Shown: piece after piece, positions 1-10,578 of the stretch | How positions within the stretch are numbered: position 1 is the first letter of the stretch | How the letters are laid out: each line of letters starts with the position of its first letter | From: OCS155 cluster bacterium AG-349-E07 | GTDB taxonomy: Bacteria; Actinomycetota; Acidimicrobiia; Actinomarinales; Actinomarinaceae | Length of the DNA: 64,000 nucleotides | Assembly (NCBI GenBank): GCA_003281085.1 | Contig: QCCZ01000004.1 | Location: 3,419 to 67,418, forward strand | Reading direction: 5' to 3' | Notes under the pieces: generated by a model | What the model was told of the DNA's origin: nothing | Databases searched by the model: none | Seen by the model: the letters and a program-made list of their open reading frames with translations, nothing else | Program-made: the position numbers and the translations under genes

Positions 1-277
1 AGTCGGGATCAGCTTTCAATAATGCACGTGATATTCCAAGTGAGACTGCATCCGCCTGAGCTGATAATCCACTACCACTCACGTTGGCAACGACATCATA
101 CTTTGAATCCAAGTTAACAACTTTAAAAGGTTTTTCAATTGTCATTTTCATAGATGGGCTCGGAAAATATTGTTCTATGTCTTTACCATTGAAAGTAAAT
201 TTACCAGTACCATCAGTCAAAGTTACTCTTGCTACAGAGGTTTTTCTTCTTCCTGTTCCATAAAATGAATTAGCCAT
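1..277 (-). CDS. rpsI: 30S ribosomal protein S9 (N-terminal part; 3' end lies beyond the left edge)
   Basis: Reverse-strand translation from ATG 277-275 reads MANSFYGTGRRKTSVARVTLTDGTGKFTFNGKDIEQYF..., a classic S9 N-terminus. The start overlaps the rplM stop by 8 nt. Confidence 0.9.
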   Translation of the reverse strand, partial: MANSFYGTGRRKTSVARVTLTDGTGKFTFNGKDIEQYFPSPSMKMTIEKPFKVVNLDSKYDVVANVSGSGLSAQADAVSLGISRALLKADPD

Positions 278-731
278 TTTCTTCTACTTTCTTTATGTTA
301 AAACTGAGCTCTTTTGGATCTTGACTTTGATGGGGGTGATTTGCATCTGCGTATATATGTAGTTTTTTTAACATAGACCTTCCTAATCTATTTTTTGGCA
401 ACATGCCCCATACAGCACGTTCAATTATTTTTTCTGGCTTTCTCTGCCTTAGAGAATTAAAACTTTCAGATTTTATACCTCCAGGGAATCCAGAATGTGA
501 ATGATACATTTTTTGTTCAGACTTTTTTGAAGTAATAGATATTTTTGAAGCGTTTATTACAACTACGTGATCTCCTACGTCTAAATGAGGTGCGTATTGA
601 GGTTTATGTTTACCTCTTAAAATCTGTGCAATTTCACTAGCTAGTCTTCCTATAGGTAGCCCACTTGCATCAACTAAGTGCCAGTTGCGTTCAGAGGAAT
701 CTATTCCTTCAAATGTTGTTTTTGTATTCAT
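270..731 (-). CDS. rplM: 50S ribosomal protein L13
   Basis: 153-aa ORF. The block WHLVDA..GRLASEIAQILRGKHKPQYAPHLDVGDHVVVINA is typical of L13. It precedes rpsI as in the conserved rplM-rpsI pair. Confidence 0.95.
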   Translation of the reverse strand: MNTKTTFEGIDSSERNWHLVDASGLPIGRLASEIAQILRGKHKPQYAPHLDVGDHVVVINASKISITSKKSEQKMYHSHSGFPGGIKSESFNSLRQRKPEKIIERAVWGMLPKNRLGRSMLKKLHIYADANHPHQSQDPKELSFNIKKVEENG

Positions 732-791
732 TTATCAATCTTTAGAATTGTAACGAAATACTAGTATAAAGTGCATATATATTTATGAAAA

Positions 792-1517
792 CTAGTATTT
801 AACTTTCCAGAGAGTTAAACCGTTAGCAGGAGCTATATAATTTAAACGATTTCCATCAGGTTTATCTAATTGTGATTTTATTTCTTTTAATGTTAATTTA
901 TTATCATTAAAAGCCAGTTGTACGCCGACTAAATTTCTCACCATATTTCTAAGGAATGAATTTCCAGTAATTGTATATGTAAAAATATGAGAGTTTTTTT
1001 TCCATACACTTTTAAAAATTTCTCTCTCAGGATTTTTATTTTTTTCAACTTTAGCAAATGATGAAAAGTCATTCTTTCCCAAAAATACTTGAGATATTTC
1101 ATTCAACTTATCCAAATCGAGTGATGAATTATGTTGGTGAGTACTATTAAGTAAATATGGTAATTTTTTTTGATTATCCATTGTAGAGTAAACGTAAGTT
1201 CGTTGTTTCGCACTGTACCTAGCATGAAAATCATAACTTATTTGATTAAATGAATTTACTGAAATTTTGTTTCCCAGCAATTTATCAATTGAAGAGATTA
1301 ATTTTTCATTTATTTTAGTATCTGTAAGAATATTCAATATTTGTTCTTTTGCATGAACTCCGGCATCAGTTCTACCAGAATAATTTAAATCGTAATCTTT
1401 AATCAGTAAATCAAGAACTTCTTCTATTTTTCCTTGTACAGTTGGTCTATTTTTTTGTTTTTGAAATCCATAAAAGCTTGAACCATCGTATGCAATACTT
1501 ACTTTGTAATTTTGCAT
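792..1517 (-). CDS. truA: tRNA pseudouridine(38-40) synthase TruA
   Basis: 241 aa. It has the N-terminal SIAYDGSSFYGFQKQ block and the catalytic-Asp motif GRTDAGVHA, and sits in the usual position after rplQ. Confidence 0.9.
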   Translation of the reverse strand: MQNYKVSIAYDGSSFYGFQKQKNRPTVQGKIEEVLDLLIKDYDLNYSGRTDAGVHAKEQILNILTDTKINEKLISSIDKLLGNKISVNSFNQISYDFHARYSAKQRTYVYSTMDNQKKLPYLLNSTHQHNSSLDLDKLNEISQVFLGKNDFSSFAKVEKNKNPEREIFKSVWKKNSHIFTYTITGNSFLRNMVRNLVGVQLAFNDNKLTLKEIKSQLDKPDGNRLNYIAPANGLTLWKVKY

Positions 1518-2063
1518 CTAAACAAAAATACGAATAGGGTCTGAAAATAAAGTTAAGACAAGTAAGAAAGTCACTGTTGTTATACTTGCAACCCTGTCTT
1601 CAAATAAAAATGCCGCGCGTAAAGATTTTGATAATACAAAGTACATCCAAACAAAAATAGATAGAGTTGTGACTTGTAAAAATAGTGCTGGGATATTTAT
1701 GAAAGAATTTATCAATACAACTACGCCAATAAATCCTACAAGTCCATGTGTGTATCCCGTAAAAACTAAAAGAGAAGGTATTTCGACTTGTTGATTAAAT
1801 GCTCTTGATAGTAAAAACCAAATTGCAAGATTAGCAAAAAGCCACGCAAAAATTCCATCAACAACTCCATAAAAAATTATATCTGCAATATTGACTACTG
1901 AAGCATTAATGACCAAAGGTATGTAAATAGACAGCAAGCTCAGCAATACTACTATTAGAGCATTGCCAGATTCATACCTGTCATTACTGATTTCAATAAA
2001 AGTTGACTGATCGAATCTTATAAATTTTTTAAATTGTGACCAAATATTTTTAAGTGAGTTCAC
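1518..2063 (-). CDS. Small polytopic membrane protein (Yip1-like architecture, family uncertain)
   Basis: 181-aa ORF with about five hydrophobic helices. It is packed with no gap between rplQ and truA, so it is co-transcribed with the alpha operon. Confidence 0.6.
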   Translation of the reverse strand: MNSLKNIWSQFKKFIRFDQSTFIEISNDRYESGNALIVVLLSLLSIYIPLVINASVVNIADIIFYGVVDGIFAWLFANLAIWFLLSRAFNQQVEIPSLLVFTGYTHGLVGFIGVVVLINSFINIPALFLQVTTLSIFVWMYFVLSKSLRAAFLFEDRVASITTVTFLLVLTLFSDPIRIFV

Positions 2064-2066
2064 TCT

Positions 2067-2417
2067 TTAAACTAGCTCTAAAATAGCTAATTCTGTTCCA
2101 TCACCCTGTCTATGTCTTGTTCTTGTAATTCTTGTATAACCACCATCACGGTCTTCATACTTGGGACCAATTTCTTCAAATAGTTTTGCTACTACAGATT
2201 TGTCTTGAATCATTTTCAAAACTTGTCTCCTGTCATGTAAAGATCCTTTTTTGGCTTTGGTAATTACTTTTTCAGCGTAAGGCTTTACTGTCTTTGCTTT
2301 AGTAACTGTTGTCTCAATTTTTTCATGTTGAATCAAAGCACTTATCAAATTACTTATAATTTGATCTTCATGGGAAGATGAGCCCCCAAGTCTTTTGCCT
2401 TTAGTTGGTTTAGGCAT
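2067..2417 (-). CDS. rplQ: 50S ribosomal protein L17
   Basis: 116 aa with an L17-like sequence (..[29 protein letters not shown]). It follows rpoA and overlaps its stop. Confidence 0.95.
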   Translation of the reverse strand: MPKPTKGKRLGGSSSHEDQIISNLISALIQHEKIETTVTKAKTVKPYAEKVITKAKKGSLHDRRQVLKMIQDKSVVAKLFEEIGPKYEDRDGGYTRITRTRHRQGDGTELAILELV

Positions 2418-3369
2418 CAGCCATATCTCCAGAGTCTAGGTCGGAACTTGTTGGTAAACTTAAACCTAATTCATCTAGCTTTGCTACAAGCTCATCTAAG
2501 CTTTTTTGACCAAAGTTAGTTAAGTTCAACAAATCATCTTCTGTATATTCAAGAATTTGTCCTACAGTAGTGATATTTTCTCTTCCAAGACAATTTCTTG
2601 GTCTTTCAGATAAATCTAAAGCATCAACAGATAATGAGAGATCTGGGGAACTGCCTTCAGAAATTGTAAGCTCACCAAGCTCGAGTCCAACACCTTCATC
2701 TATATCAGCAAAAAGCTTCCATAATTCGCCCAAAGTTTTGCCAACTGAAGATATTGCTTCACTAGGCTCAATTGAACCATCAGTTTCAACATCTAAAGTT
2801 AATTTATCATAGTCAGTAACTTGTCCAACTTGAGTAGGGGAAACTCCGTAACTTACGCTTACAATTGGTGAAAAAATCGAGTCGATAGGAATAAAGCTAG
2901 AGTCACTAGTCTTATTTTTATCTGCAAGTCGATATCCGACACCATGAGCGATTGATACTTCCATGTCTAATGTGGCTCCATCTGAAAGCGTACAAACTTT
3001 TAAGTCAGTATTGACAACTTCAACTCCTGCTGGACATTGAATTTGTGCAGCTAGGACATCACCAGGACCCTTAGCTTTGACTGTTAATGTGTGATTTTCT
3101 TGATCTTCGACTTTCAAGACTAATCGTTTTAAATTTAAAAGAAGATCTAAAACATCTTCTACTACACCGGGTATAGATGTAAATTCATGATTCACACCGT
3201 CAATTTTTATTCCAGTTACAGCAACTCCAGGAACTCTTGATAAAAGTGCTCTCCTCATTGTGTTACCAAGTGTTAATCCAAAACCTGGCTCAAGCGGTTC
3301 GATAACAAATTTTGTTCTGTTATTACCAAGGTCTTCTTGAGTAATTTCAGGTCTCTGTAGCATCAACAT
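2410..3369 (-). CDS. rpoA: DNA-directed RNA polymerase subunit alpha
   Basis: The ORF track gives 2410..3387. I place the start at ATG 3369 (MLMLQRPEI..), downstream of a GGAG. The NTD block [24 protein letters not shown] and the CTD block [20 protein letters not shown] are diagnostic. Confidence 0.93.
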   Translation of the reverse strand: MLMLQRPEITQEDLGNNRTKFVIEPLEPGFGLTLGNTMRRALLSRVPGVAVTGIKIDGVNHEFTSIPGVVEDVLDLLLNLKRLVLKVEDQENHTLTVKAKGPGDVLAAQIQCPAGVEVVNTDLKVCTLSDGATLDMEVSIAHGVGYRLADKNKTSDSSFIPIDSIFSPIVSVSYGVSPTQVGQVTDYDKLTLDVETDGSIEPSEAISSVGKTLGELWKLFADIDEGVGLELGELTISEGSSPDLSLSVDALDLSERPRNCLGRENITTVGQILEYTEDDLLNLTNFGQKSLDELVAKLDELGLSLPTSSDLDSGDMADA

Positions 3370-3390
3370 ATTATTTTCTCCTCTCAAATT

Positions 3391-4005
3391 TTATTTTGAA
3401 TAAAGCTCTACTATTAATTGTTCTTCAATTTGTGAACTTGCATCATTCCTTGTGGGAGATGCAGCAATCTTTACAATTTTCTTTTTACTATCGACATCCA
3501 ACCAAGATGGTATAACGTAGTCTTGACCAGTATCAATGGTGTGTTGAATAACAATTAAATCTTGGCTTGAGTCTTTTATCTCAATTACATCTCCAGCTTT
3601 AACTTGATGCGATGGAACGTCTACGAATTTTCCATTTAATTTGAAATGTCTGTGCGATACAAGCTGTCTTGCTTGAGGTCTAGTAGATGCAAAACCAGCC
3701 CTATAAATTACATTATCAAATCTTGATTCAAGTAAAATTAAAAGGTTCTCACCAGTTATGCCATTCATTCTTGAAGCTTCTTTATAGTAATTTCTAAATT
3801 GCTTTTCTAGGACACCATACATATATCTAACTTTTTGCTTTTCTTTTAATTGGGTGCCGTAATCAGTTTCTCTTGCACGCTTTCTTCCATTTTCTCCAGG
3901 AGGATATGGTCTATCTTGAAGTGCTTTGTCGCCCTTCCTATTTTCAAATACATTAAAGCCTATTCTTCTTGATACTCTAACTCGAGGTCCTGTGTATCTA
4001 GCCAT
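3391..4005 (-). CDS. rpsD: 30S ribosomal protein S4
   Basis: The true start is [14 protein letters not shown].. at ATG 4005, which overlaps the rpsK stop as TAATG. The 10-codon upstream extension in the ORF track is not S4-like. Confidence 0.94.
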   Translation of the reverse strand: MARYTGPRVRVSRRIGFNVFENRKGDKALQDRPYPPGENGRKRARETDYGTQLKEKQKVRYMYGVLEKQFRNYYKEASRMNGITGENLLILLESRFDNVIYRAGFASTRPQARQLVSHRHFKLNGKFVDVPSHQVKAGDVIEIKDSSQDLIVIQHTIDTGQDYVIPSWLDVDSKKKIVKIAASPTRNDASSQIEEQLIVELYSK

Positions 4006-4388
4006 TATCCCCTTCTTCTTTTCTTGGGTCTGCACCCATTGTGAGGTGTTGGTGTTATATCTTTAATAGTCCCTACATCCATTCCCATATTTTGTAGAGT
4101 TCTAACAGCTGTTTCTCTACCAGCACCAGTGCCGCTAATGATAATGTCTAGCTTTTGCACACCGTGCTCTGTAGCTCTTCGAACTGCCTCTTCTGCAGCG
4201 ACTTGAGCAGCATAGGGTGTAGATTTTCTTGAACCTTTAAATCCTACTGAACCACCGGATGTCCAAACTATTGTTTGTCCGGCTGGGTCAGAAATATTAA
4301 TTATTGTGTTGTTGAAACTAGCTTTAATATGAGCTACTCCTGAAGGAACGTTTTTCTTGTTCTTCTTTTTAGTTTTTTGATCTGCCAT
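4005..4388 (-). CDS. rpsK: 30S ribosomal protein S11
   Basis: 127 aa. The block [39 protein letters not shown] is typical of S11. Confidence 0.96.
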   Translation of the reverse strand: MADQKTKKKNKKNVPSGVAHIKASFNNTIINISDPAGQTIVWTSGGSVGFKGSRKSTPYAAQVAAEEAVRRATEHGVQKLDIIISGTGAGRETAVRTLQNMGMDVGTIKDITPTPHNGCRPKKRRRG

Positions 4389-4390
4389 TA

Positions 4391-4768
4391 TTATTTAGTC
4401 GCTTTCTTTTTTCCGGCAATTGCAAATCTTGGGCCTTTTCGTGTTCTAGCATTAGTGTGAGTTCTCTGTCCTCTGACTGGTAATCCCATCCTGTGCCTTA
4501 ATCCTTGATATGTTCCAATTTCTGTTTTTCTACGAATATTTTGGGACACATCTCGTCTAAGATCTCCTTCAACTCTAAAATTAGCTTCGATGTATTTTCT
4601 AATTTGAGCAACTTCATCGTTTGTTAAATTACTTACTCTTGTGCTGGGGTCAATTTTTAAATCAACACAAATATCATCAGCTCTTTTGGCTCCGATTCCG
4701 TGGATGTATCTCAAAGACGCTATAACTCTCTTGTCCCTTGGGATATCAATACCTGAAATACGTGCCAT
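4391..4768 (-). CDS. rpsM: 30S ribosomal protein S13
   Basis: 125 aa. The sequence [21 protein letters not shown].. is typical of S13. Confidence 0.96.
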   Translation of the reverse strand: MARISGIDIPRDKRVIASLRYIHGIGAKRADDICVDLKIDPSTRVSNLTNDEVAQIRKYIEANFRVEGDLRRDVSQNIRRKTEIGTYQGLRHRMGLPVRGQRTHTNARTRKGPRFAIAGKKKATK

Positions 4769-4774
4769 TATAAA

Positions 4775-4891
4775 TTAACCTTGCCTTTGTTTGTGTCTAG
4801 GATTTCTTTTATTAATTACGTAAAGCTTTCCTTTTCTTCTTACAATTTGGTCATTTGGACCACGCTTTTTAATACTTGCTTTAACTTTCAT
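4775..4891 (-). CDS. rpmJ: 50S ribosomal protein L36, Cys-less (zinc-independent type)
   Basis: Not in the ORF track (38 aa). My reverse translation is [38 protein letters not shown]. It matches L36 end to end, but the three zinc cysteines are replaced by G, D and N. Its ATG overlaps the infA TGA as ATGA. Confidence 0.88.
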   Translation of the reverse strand: MKVKASIKKRGPNDQIVRRKGKLYVINKRNPRHKQRQG

Positions 4892-5112
4892 TTATGTCTC
4901 CAAATAATCCTACCTCTTGTTGGATCATATGGTGAAACTTCCATTTCAACAACATCACCCGGAAGGATTCTAATGTACTTCATTCTCATTTTTCCAGACA
5001 CATGAGCTAATATTTCAGCTCCACTTTCAAGCTGAACCTTAAAAGAGGCATTTGGCAGTGTTTCCATAACTGTCCCTTGGACTTTTATTATGTTTTTTTC
5101 TTTTTCTACCAA
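4888..5112 (-). CDS. infA: Translation initiation factor IF-1
   Basis: 74 aa. The sequence [45 protein letters not shown] is characteristic of IF-1. Confidence 0.96.
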   Translation of the reverse strand: MVEKEKNIIKVQGTVMETLPNASFKVQLESGAEILAHVSGKMRMKYIRILPGDVVEMEVSPYDPTRGRIIWRHK

Positions 5113-5178
5113 AATTAGCCTTGATTATGTGACCGATTTACTAGATTAGTGCGATTTGAAACTATTACAAACACAAAA

Positions 5179-5931
5179 TTAAAATAAGTTTTCAGTAAAA
5201 ACACGTGTTCCTTCCTCGGTAATTCCTATAGTATGTTCCCAATGTGCAGACTTTTTTCCATCTAATGTTCTAACTGTCCAACCATCTTCATCAATAAAAT
5301 TCTCTTCTGTACCAAGATTAAACATTGGCTCAATACATATTGCCATACCTGTTTTTAATTCAAAACCTTGATTCTTCTTACCATAATGGGGTACTTGGGG
5401 TTCTTCGTGCATTTCCTGACCTATTCCATGACCAACATAGTTCATAACATTGCCAAAATTGTTTTTCTTAGCTATTTTGTCAATCTTATGACCAATAGTT
5501 CCCAGTTTTTGACCATCCTTTACAAGTTTTATACCTTCATGAAGTGCATGTTTAGTTTTTGATAATAGATTTTTTTCTTCTTCTGTAATTTCACCAACAC
5601 CAAAACTAAAAGCTGCATCAGCATGATATCCTTCAAAAATAACGCCAACATCAATAGAAATTATATCTCCTTCATTTACAACATAATCATTGGGTATTCC
5701 ATGAACAATTACATCATTTGGTGAAGCACATATATGAGCTGGATAATCGTGATATCCTAAAAAACTAGCTTTTACATTTGACTTCTCAATTATATTTTTG
5801 GCAATATCATCTAAATCAATAAGTGTCATGCCTGCTTTTGTTTTATCATAAATTTCGTAGTGTATATTTGATACAACTTTTCCTGCAGCTTCCATCTTTT
5901 TAAAATCTTCTGGTGTTTTATATGTAATCAT
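5179..5931 (-). CDS. map: Methionine aminopeptidase, type I
   Basis: 250 aa with MetAP metal-site contexts DIISIDVG, GYHADAAF, HGIGQEMHEEP and ICIEPM. It lies between adk and infA as in spc operons. Confidence 0.93.
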   Translation of the reverse strand: MITYKTPEDFKKMEAAGKVVSNIHYEIYDKTKAGMTLIDLDDIAKNIIEKSNVKASFLGYHDYPAHICASPNDVIVHGIPNDYVVNEGDIISIDVGVIFEGYHADAAFSFGVGEITEEEKNLLSKTKHALHEGIKLVKDGQKLGTIGHKIDKIAKKNNFGNVMNYVGHGIGQEMHEEPQVPHYGKKNQGFELKTGMAICIEPMFNLGTEENFIDEDGWTVRTLDGKKSAHWEHTIGITEEGTRVFTENLF

Positions 5932-6491
5932 TATTTAAAGTGTCTAGAAATTGAGTTGTAAATATCCTCTACTTCCCCAACAGCATCTATAACATTTACC
6001 AAGTTTTTTTCATTATAAAAATCAACTAAAGGCTGCGTATCTTTTTTGTAAACTTCAAACCTGACTTTAATTGAATCTTCAGTATCATCGGATCTGCCAG
6101 TCATTTCCCCTCTTAGTAAAATTCTTTTTATTAATTCATCTTCGTTTACTTCAAATACAAAAACTTTCGCAACAGGAAATTCTTTATCTAAACTCTCTAA
6201 GCTTTTAGCTTGGGGTAAGGTTCTGGGAAAGCCATCAAGGATTGCACCATTCTTACAGTCTTCATTATTCAGTCTTTCTAGAAGCATTTCTATAACTAAT
6301 TCGTCAGGGACTAAATTTCCTTCATCAAGAAGACTTTTAGCTATTTTACCTAGTTCAGTTGCACTGCTTACATGTTCTCTCAACATATCACCTGTTGAGA
6401 TGTGGGCTAGGTCAAATTCAGACGCAATTTTCAGAGCTTGAGTTCCTTTTCCTGCACCTGGCGGTCCAAGAAATATATTTAATTCACTCAA
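5931..6491 (-). CDS. adk: Adenylate kinase (short LID, no Cys4 zinc knuckle)
   Basis: 186 aa with the P-loop GPPGAGKGTQ and the motifs ISTGDMLR and DGFPRT. Confidence 0.95.
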   Translation of the reverse strand: MSELNIFLGPPGAGKGTQALKIASEFDLAHISTGDMLREHVSSATELGKIAKSLLDEGNLVPDELVIEMLLERLNNEDCKNGAILDGFPRTLPQAKSLESLDKEFPVAKVFVFEVNEDELIKRILLRGEMTGRSDDTEDSIKVRFEVYKKDTQPLVDFYNEKNLVNVIDAVGEVEDIYNSISRHFK

Positions 6492-7801
6492 TCAATGAAT
6501 CCTTCATAATTTCTCATGCTTAACTGACTTTCAATTTGCTTCATAGTTTCAAGAGCAACACCGACAGTTATTAAGATTGAAATTCCGCTAAAACCTAGAG
6601 GTATATCCCAAATCGCAGAAGCTATCGATGGCAATACTGCGACGGATGCTAAAAATATAGAGCCTGGTAAGGTAATTCTGTTTATTATATGTGACAAATA
6701 ATTTGTTGTTGATATACCCGGCCTTACTCCTGGAACAAAGCCACCCTGCCTACGGATCATGTCTGATTGACGTACTGGATCAAATTGTATAGTTGTATAA
6801 AAATAAGTAAAGAATATTATCAATATCCCTAAAAAGAAAATATAAAACCATGTTGTACCCTGGGAATTAGCCAAGTTAACGTCTATCCAATTTCTAATTG
6901 CTGCAGTAACAGAATTATCCTGTGGTAATGAAGTAGCTACTAACGCGGGAAAAAACAAAATACTTGTCGCAAAAATAACTGGGATAACTCCAGCACTGTT
7001 GACCTTAAGAGGAATATAGGTACTTTGACCACCCATAACTTTTCTTCCTCTTACTCTTTTCGCAAATTGTATAGGGATTCTTCTTTGACCTTGCTCAACA
7101 TAGATTATTCCAACAATCATTAAAAAGAACATAAGCATTAAAAATGTAAATTGTCCGATTCTTCCTTGGCCAGCAGTTACCTGATATGCACCACCAAATT
7201 GTGCAGGAAGCTGGCTTACAATGCTAGCGAAAATAATTAATGACATTCCATTTCCAACTCCTCTTTGAGAAATCAACTCACCAATCCACATAATAAAGGC
7301 AGTCCCTGCAGTCATTGTTAAAACTATCAATCCAACTCTAGATGGTGTGTAATTTGGAATAAGTGAAATACCGCCTGTGAGACTACCTCTAGAAAATAAA
7401 TAAGTTAAGGCAGTTGATTGCAATAGAGCTAAAACTACTGTTATGTACCTTGTCCATTGAGTGATCACTTTTCTACCAGACTCTCCTTCTTCTTGAAGTT
7501 TTTGTAATCTTGGTATCACAACTGTTAAGAGCTGAAGAATGATACTAGCTGTAATGTATGGCATAATTCCTAATGCAAAAACAGAAAAAGTCTCTAAAGC
7601 ACCGCCGGAGAATAAATTTAATAAACCATAAATTCCTGCTTGTGATCCTGAGTCAGTTAGACGTTGAACAGCCTCTAAATCTACTCCTGGTACGGGAACT
7701 GCTGCACCGAGCCTGTAAACAGCAAACATAAAAAGAGTGAAAAATATTCTTTTTCTAAGGTCTGGAATTTTAAATATATATCTAAATATTGAGAGTTGCA
7801 T
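6488..7801 (-). CDS. secY: Preprotein translocase subunit SecY
   Basis: 437 aa with ten hydrophobic segments. It has SecY blocks (GIMPYITASIILQLL, GGFVPGVRPG) and the canonical position after rplO. Confidence 0.95.
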   Translation of the reverse strand: MQLSIFRYIFKIPDLRKRIFFTLFMFAVYRLGAAVPVPGVDLEAVQRLTDSGSQAGIYGLLNLFSGGALETFSVFALGIMPYITASIILQLLTVVIPRLQKLQEEGESGRKVITQWTRYITVVLALLQSTALTYLFSRGSLTGGISLIPNYTPSRVGLIVLTMTAGTAFIMWIGELISQRGVGNGMSLIIFASIVSQLPAQFGGAYQVTAGQGRIGQFTFLMLMFFLMIVGIIYVEQGQRRIPIQFAKRVRGRKVMGGQSTYIPLKVNSAGVIPVIFATSILFFPALVATSLPQDNSVTAAIRNWIDVNLANSQGTTWFYIFFLGILIIFFTYFYTTIQFDPVRQSDMIRRQGGFVPGVRPGISTTNYLSHIINRITLPGSIFLASVAVLPSIASAIWDIPLGFSGISILITVGVALETMKQIESQLSMRNYEGFID

Positions 7802-7803
7802 AA

Positions 7804-8253
7804 TTACTCATTAATTATCTCGACAGACCCGCCAGCACTTTCAATTTTACTTTTAGCTACTTCACTAATCGCGTGAATCTTAAGGTCAATTTTTTTTGTA
7901 ACTTCACCATCACCTAAAACTTTAACAAGACCTTTTTTTCTAGTTAAGCCAAGTTCCCTAAGAACATCAGGATTAACTTCACCTTCAGCAGCTTTTTCTT
8001 CGAGATCACTTACATTTACAACAACATAAGACATTTTAGGTGGATTGTTTAAACCTCTTAATTTAGGAATCCTCCTATATAAAGGAATTTGACCTCCTTC
8101 AAAGTATGCAGGAACGGTTTTCCTAGCACCTGTACCTTTAGTTCCTCTACCTGCGGTCTTTCCTCGCTTCCCAGCTTCACCTCGACCTTTTCTTAATTTC
8201 TGTTTTGTAGATCCAGGCGCTGGTTTTAAATGATGAAAACGTAACTTTTTCAT
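7804..8253 (-). CDS. rplO: 50S ribosomal protein L15
   Basis: 149 aa with a Gly/Lys/Arg-rich N-terminus (GRGEAGKRGKTAGRGTKG) typical of L15. Confidence 0.95.
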   Translation of the reverse strand: MKKLRFHHLKPAPGSTKQKLRKGRGEAGKRGKTAGRGTKGTGARKTVPAYFEGGQIPLYRRIPKLRGLNNPPKMSYVVVNVSDLEEKAAEGEVNPDVLRELGLTRKKGLVKVLGDGEVTKKIDLKIHAISEVAKSKIESAGGSVEIINE

Positions 8254-8429
8254 TAAATTTCCTCAATTTCAACAAGGTGTTCAATTTTGTTAAGCATACC
8301 TTGAATCATAGGGTTCACTTCTCTTTCAGTAAAAGAATTTATCTTTTTTAATCCTAAACTTCTAGCAGTTTCTCTCGCTTTGGGTTTCTCTCCTATCAAG
8401 CTTCGCTTTAAGGTTATTTTAACTTTCAT
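8253..8429 (-). CDS. rpmD: 50S ribosomal protein L30
   Basis: Not in the ORF track (58 aa). My reverse translation is [58 protein letters not shown]. Its stop overlaps the rplO ATG as TAATG. Confidence 0.9.
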   Translation of the reverse strand: MKVKITLKRSLIGEKPKARETARSLGLKKINSFTEREVNPMIQGMLNKIEHLVEIEEI

Positions 8430-8970
8430 CAGAAACCTTTACTTTTTTTTCAGCTTTTGTTTTCTCATAAGCCTCAACTAAACCTGGAGGAGCTACCTCA
8501 GAAGACTTCTTGCCCCGTAAACTAGCAACACTGTCAGGCGTTCTTTGGTTGAGAAGGCCATTGATTGTTGCTTTGGCCACATTTAAATGAGTTGGAGATC
8601 CGAGCGATTTTGCTAATATGTCTTTTACTCCAGCAACTTCAAGAACTTGACGAGCGGCCCCTCCGGCTATAACTCCTGTACCTGGTGCGGCAGGTTTTAA
8701 AAGAACTCTTGAAGAGCCGTGTTTTCCAACGATTGAGTGAACTATTGTTGAACCTGCCATAGGTATTTGTGAGATATTCTTTTTTGCATCTTCTATGGCT
8801 TTTTGAATAGCTAATGGGACTTCAGAGCCTTTACCATATCCAATACCAGCATTTCCATTTCCATCACCTACAGCAACTAGAGCTGTAAATGCGAAATTTC
8901 TACCACCTTTAACAACCTTGGCAACTCTGTTAATATGTATAACACTTTCTTGCAGTTCTAATTCAGACAT
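8419..8970 (-). CDS. rpsE: 30S ribosomal protein S5
   Basis: 183 aa. The block [27 protein letters not shown] is typical of S5. Confidence 0.96.
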   Translation of the reverse strand: MSELELQESVIHINRVAKVVKGGRNFAFTALVAVGDGNGNAGIGYGKGSEVPLAIQKAIEDAKKNISQIPMAGSTIVHSIVGKHGSSRVLLKPAAPGTGVIAGGAARQVLEVAGVKDILAKSLGSPTHLNVAKATINGLLNQRTPDSVASLRGKKSSEVAPPGLVEAYEKTKAEKKVKVSDES

Positions 8971-9317
8971 TAAAATTTGATTCCTTTTTCTCTAATTCCA
9001 TCAGCTAAAGATTTAATTCTTCCGTGGTAAACATAGCCGCCTCTGTCAAAAACAGCAGATTTAATTTTTAATCCTGCTAACTTTTCACCCATCACTTCAC
9101 CAACTTCTTTTGCTGACTCTACGGATAGTGTTTTAGTTTTTACCTCTTTAGACAATGTGCTAGCGGAAGCAATAGTTACTTGATTAAGATCATCTATTGC
9201 TTGAACATATATATTGTTGTTGCTTTTAAAAACAGCAAGCCTAGGTACTTTGGATGTGCCAGATATTTTTTTTCTTATTCTAATTTTTCTGTGTATTCTT
9301 TTATCTTTAACTTTCAT
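8970..9317 (-). CDS. rplR: 50S ribosomal protein L18
   Basis: 115 aa. The sequence [18 protein letters not shown]...[26 protein letters not shown] is typical of L18. Confidence 0.96.
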   Translation of the reverse strand: MKVKDKRIHRKIRIRKKISGTSKVPRLAVFKSNNNIYVQAIDDLNQVTIASASTLSKEVKTKTLSVESAKEVGEVMGEKLAGLKIKSAVFDRGGYVYHGRIKSLADGIREKGIKF

Positions 9318-9322
9318 AGTTA

Positions 9323-9874
9323 TTAAGCTCCAGCTGTTACAGCAGCCTTACCTGCTTTTCTTCTAACATATTCATCTTTGTATCTTATACCTTTACCTTT
9401 ATATGGTTCAGGTGGTTTAATTGCTCGTATATTTGCAGCAACTTGACCTACTAACGCTTTGTCAATGCCGGAAACTATTATTGTGTTTTGATCAGGCACT
9501 TCATATTTTATTCCCTCAACTTGATTAAACAGTACAGGGTGAGAGAAGCCGCATAAAATTTCAATATCATTGCCCTTTAGAGTGGCTCTGTGTCCAACAC
9601 CTTGAAGTAAAAGTGTTTTACTATATCCTTCTAATACTCCTTCAATATTGTTAGCAACTAAAGATCTGTACAAACCATGTAAGCTTCTGACCTCTGGAGC
9701 TTCGGAAGTTCTTGAGAATAATAATTCATTTTCTTTAATTTCAAATTTAATTCTCTCATCAACAATTTCAGTAGTTAATTCTCCTTTGGGACCTTTAACA
9801 ATAATTGAATTGCCATTTAAATTCATTTCTATTTTTTCAGGGATTAAAACTGGCTTATTTCCTATTCTGCTCAT
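9323..9874 (-). CDS. rplF: 50S ribosomal protein L6
   Basis: I place the start at MSRIGNKPV (ATG 9874), which overlaps the rpsH stop. The rest of the sequence is L6-like throughout. Confidence 0.95.
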   Translation of the reverse strand: MSRIGNKPVLIPEKIEMNLNGNSIIVKGPKGELTTEIVDERIKFEIKENELLFSRTSEAPEVRSLHGLYRSLVANNIEGVLEGYSKTLLLQGVGHRATLKGNDIEILCGFSHPVLFNQVEGIKYEVPDQNTIIVSGIDKALVGQVAANIRAIKPPEPYKGKGIRYKDEYVRRKAGKAAVTAGA

Positions 9875-10269
9875 GACCAAACCTCACAAATAAGCTCTCC
9901 ACCGAGTTTTCGTTTTCTGGCTTCAGAATCAGGAAGCAACCCTCGAGATGTTGAGATAATTACTGTACCTAAACCACCGTTATTTCTTGGAAGTGATTCG
10001 GATCCAACATATAGTCTTCTACCAGGCTTACTTAATCTGTTCAAACCAGCAAGCACAGGTGCACCTTCTTCTGAGTATTTTAAATCAATTTGAATTTCTT
10101 TTTTTGAGGACTCTTCTATTACTTTTACATCACTTATATAGCCCTCATTTTTTAAAAGTTTAGACAGTTCCAACTTGAATTTTGAATGAGGAACGATAAC
10201 TGATGGTTTGTTGACCATTGAAGCATTTCTGATTCGAGTCAAAAAATCTGAAATTGGATCTGAATTCAT
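9871..10269 (-). CDS. rpsH: 30S ribosomal protein S8
   Basis: 132 aa. The N-terminal DPISDFLTRIRNA block and the C-terminal GGELICEVW block are typical of S8. Confidence 0.96.
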   Translation of the reverse strand: MNSDPISDFLTRIRNASMVNKPSVIVPHSKFKLELSKLLKNEGYISDVKVIEESSKKEIQIDLKYSEEGAPVLAGLNRLSKPGRRLYVGSESLPRNNGGLGTVIISTSRGLLPDSEARKRKLGGELICEVWS

Positions 10270-10270
10270 T

Positions 10271-10576
10271 TTACCAAGACGCTTTCTTTATCCCGGGTAG
10301 TTCTCCTTTAAGGGCTAAATCTCTAAACGTATTTCTGGACATACCAAACTTTCTCAGATTACCTCGAGGCCTTCCTGTAACTTCACACCTATTTCTATGC
10401 CTTGTTGGAGAAGCATCTCTTGGCATCTTAGCAATCTTTTTTTGGGCTTCTCTTTTTTCATCATAAGAAGTATTGGGGTCCTTAATAATTTTAAGAAGCT
10501 CTTGACGTCTATCGGAGTAAACACCTATCGTTCTTTTTCTTTGATTGTTTTTAACTATCTTGCTTGTTTTTGCCAT
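10271..10576 (-). CDS. rpsN: 30S ribosomal protein S14, long (101-aa) zinc-independent form
   Basis: It has the S14 C-terminus [41 protein letters not shown] and no CxxC pairs. It sits at the canonical spc-operon position. Confidence 0.94.
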   Translation of the reverse strand: MAKTSKIVKNNQRKRTIGVYSDRRQELLKIIKDPNTSYDEKREAQKKIAKMPRDASPTRHRNRCEVTGRPRGNLRKFGMSRNTFRDLALKGELPGIKKASW

Positions 10577-10578
10577 AA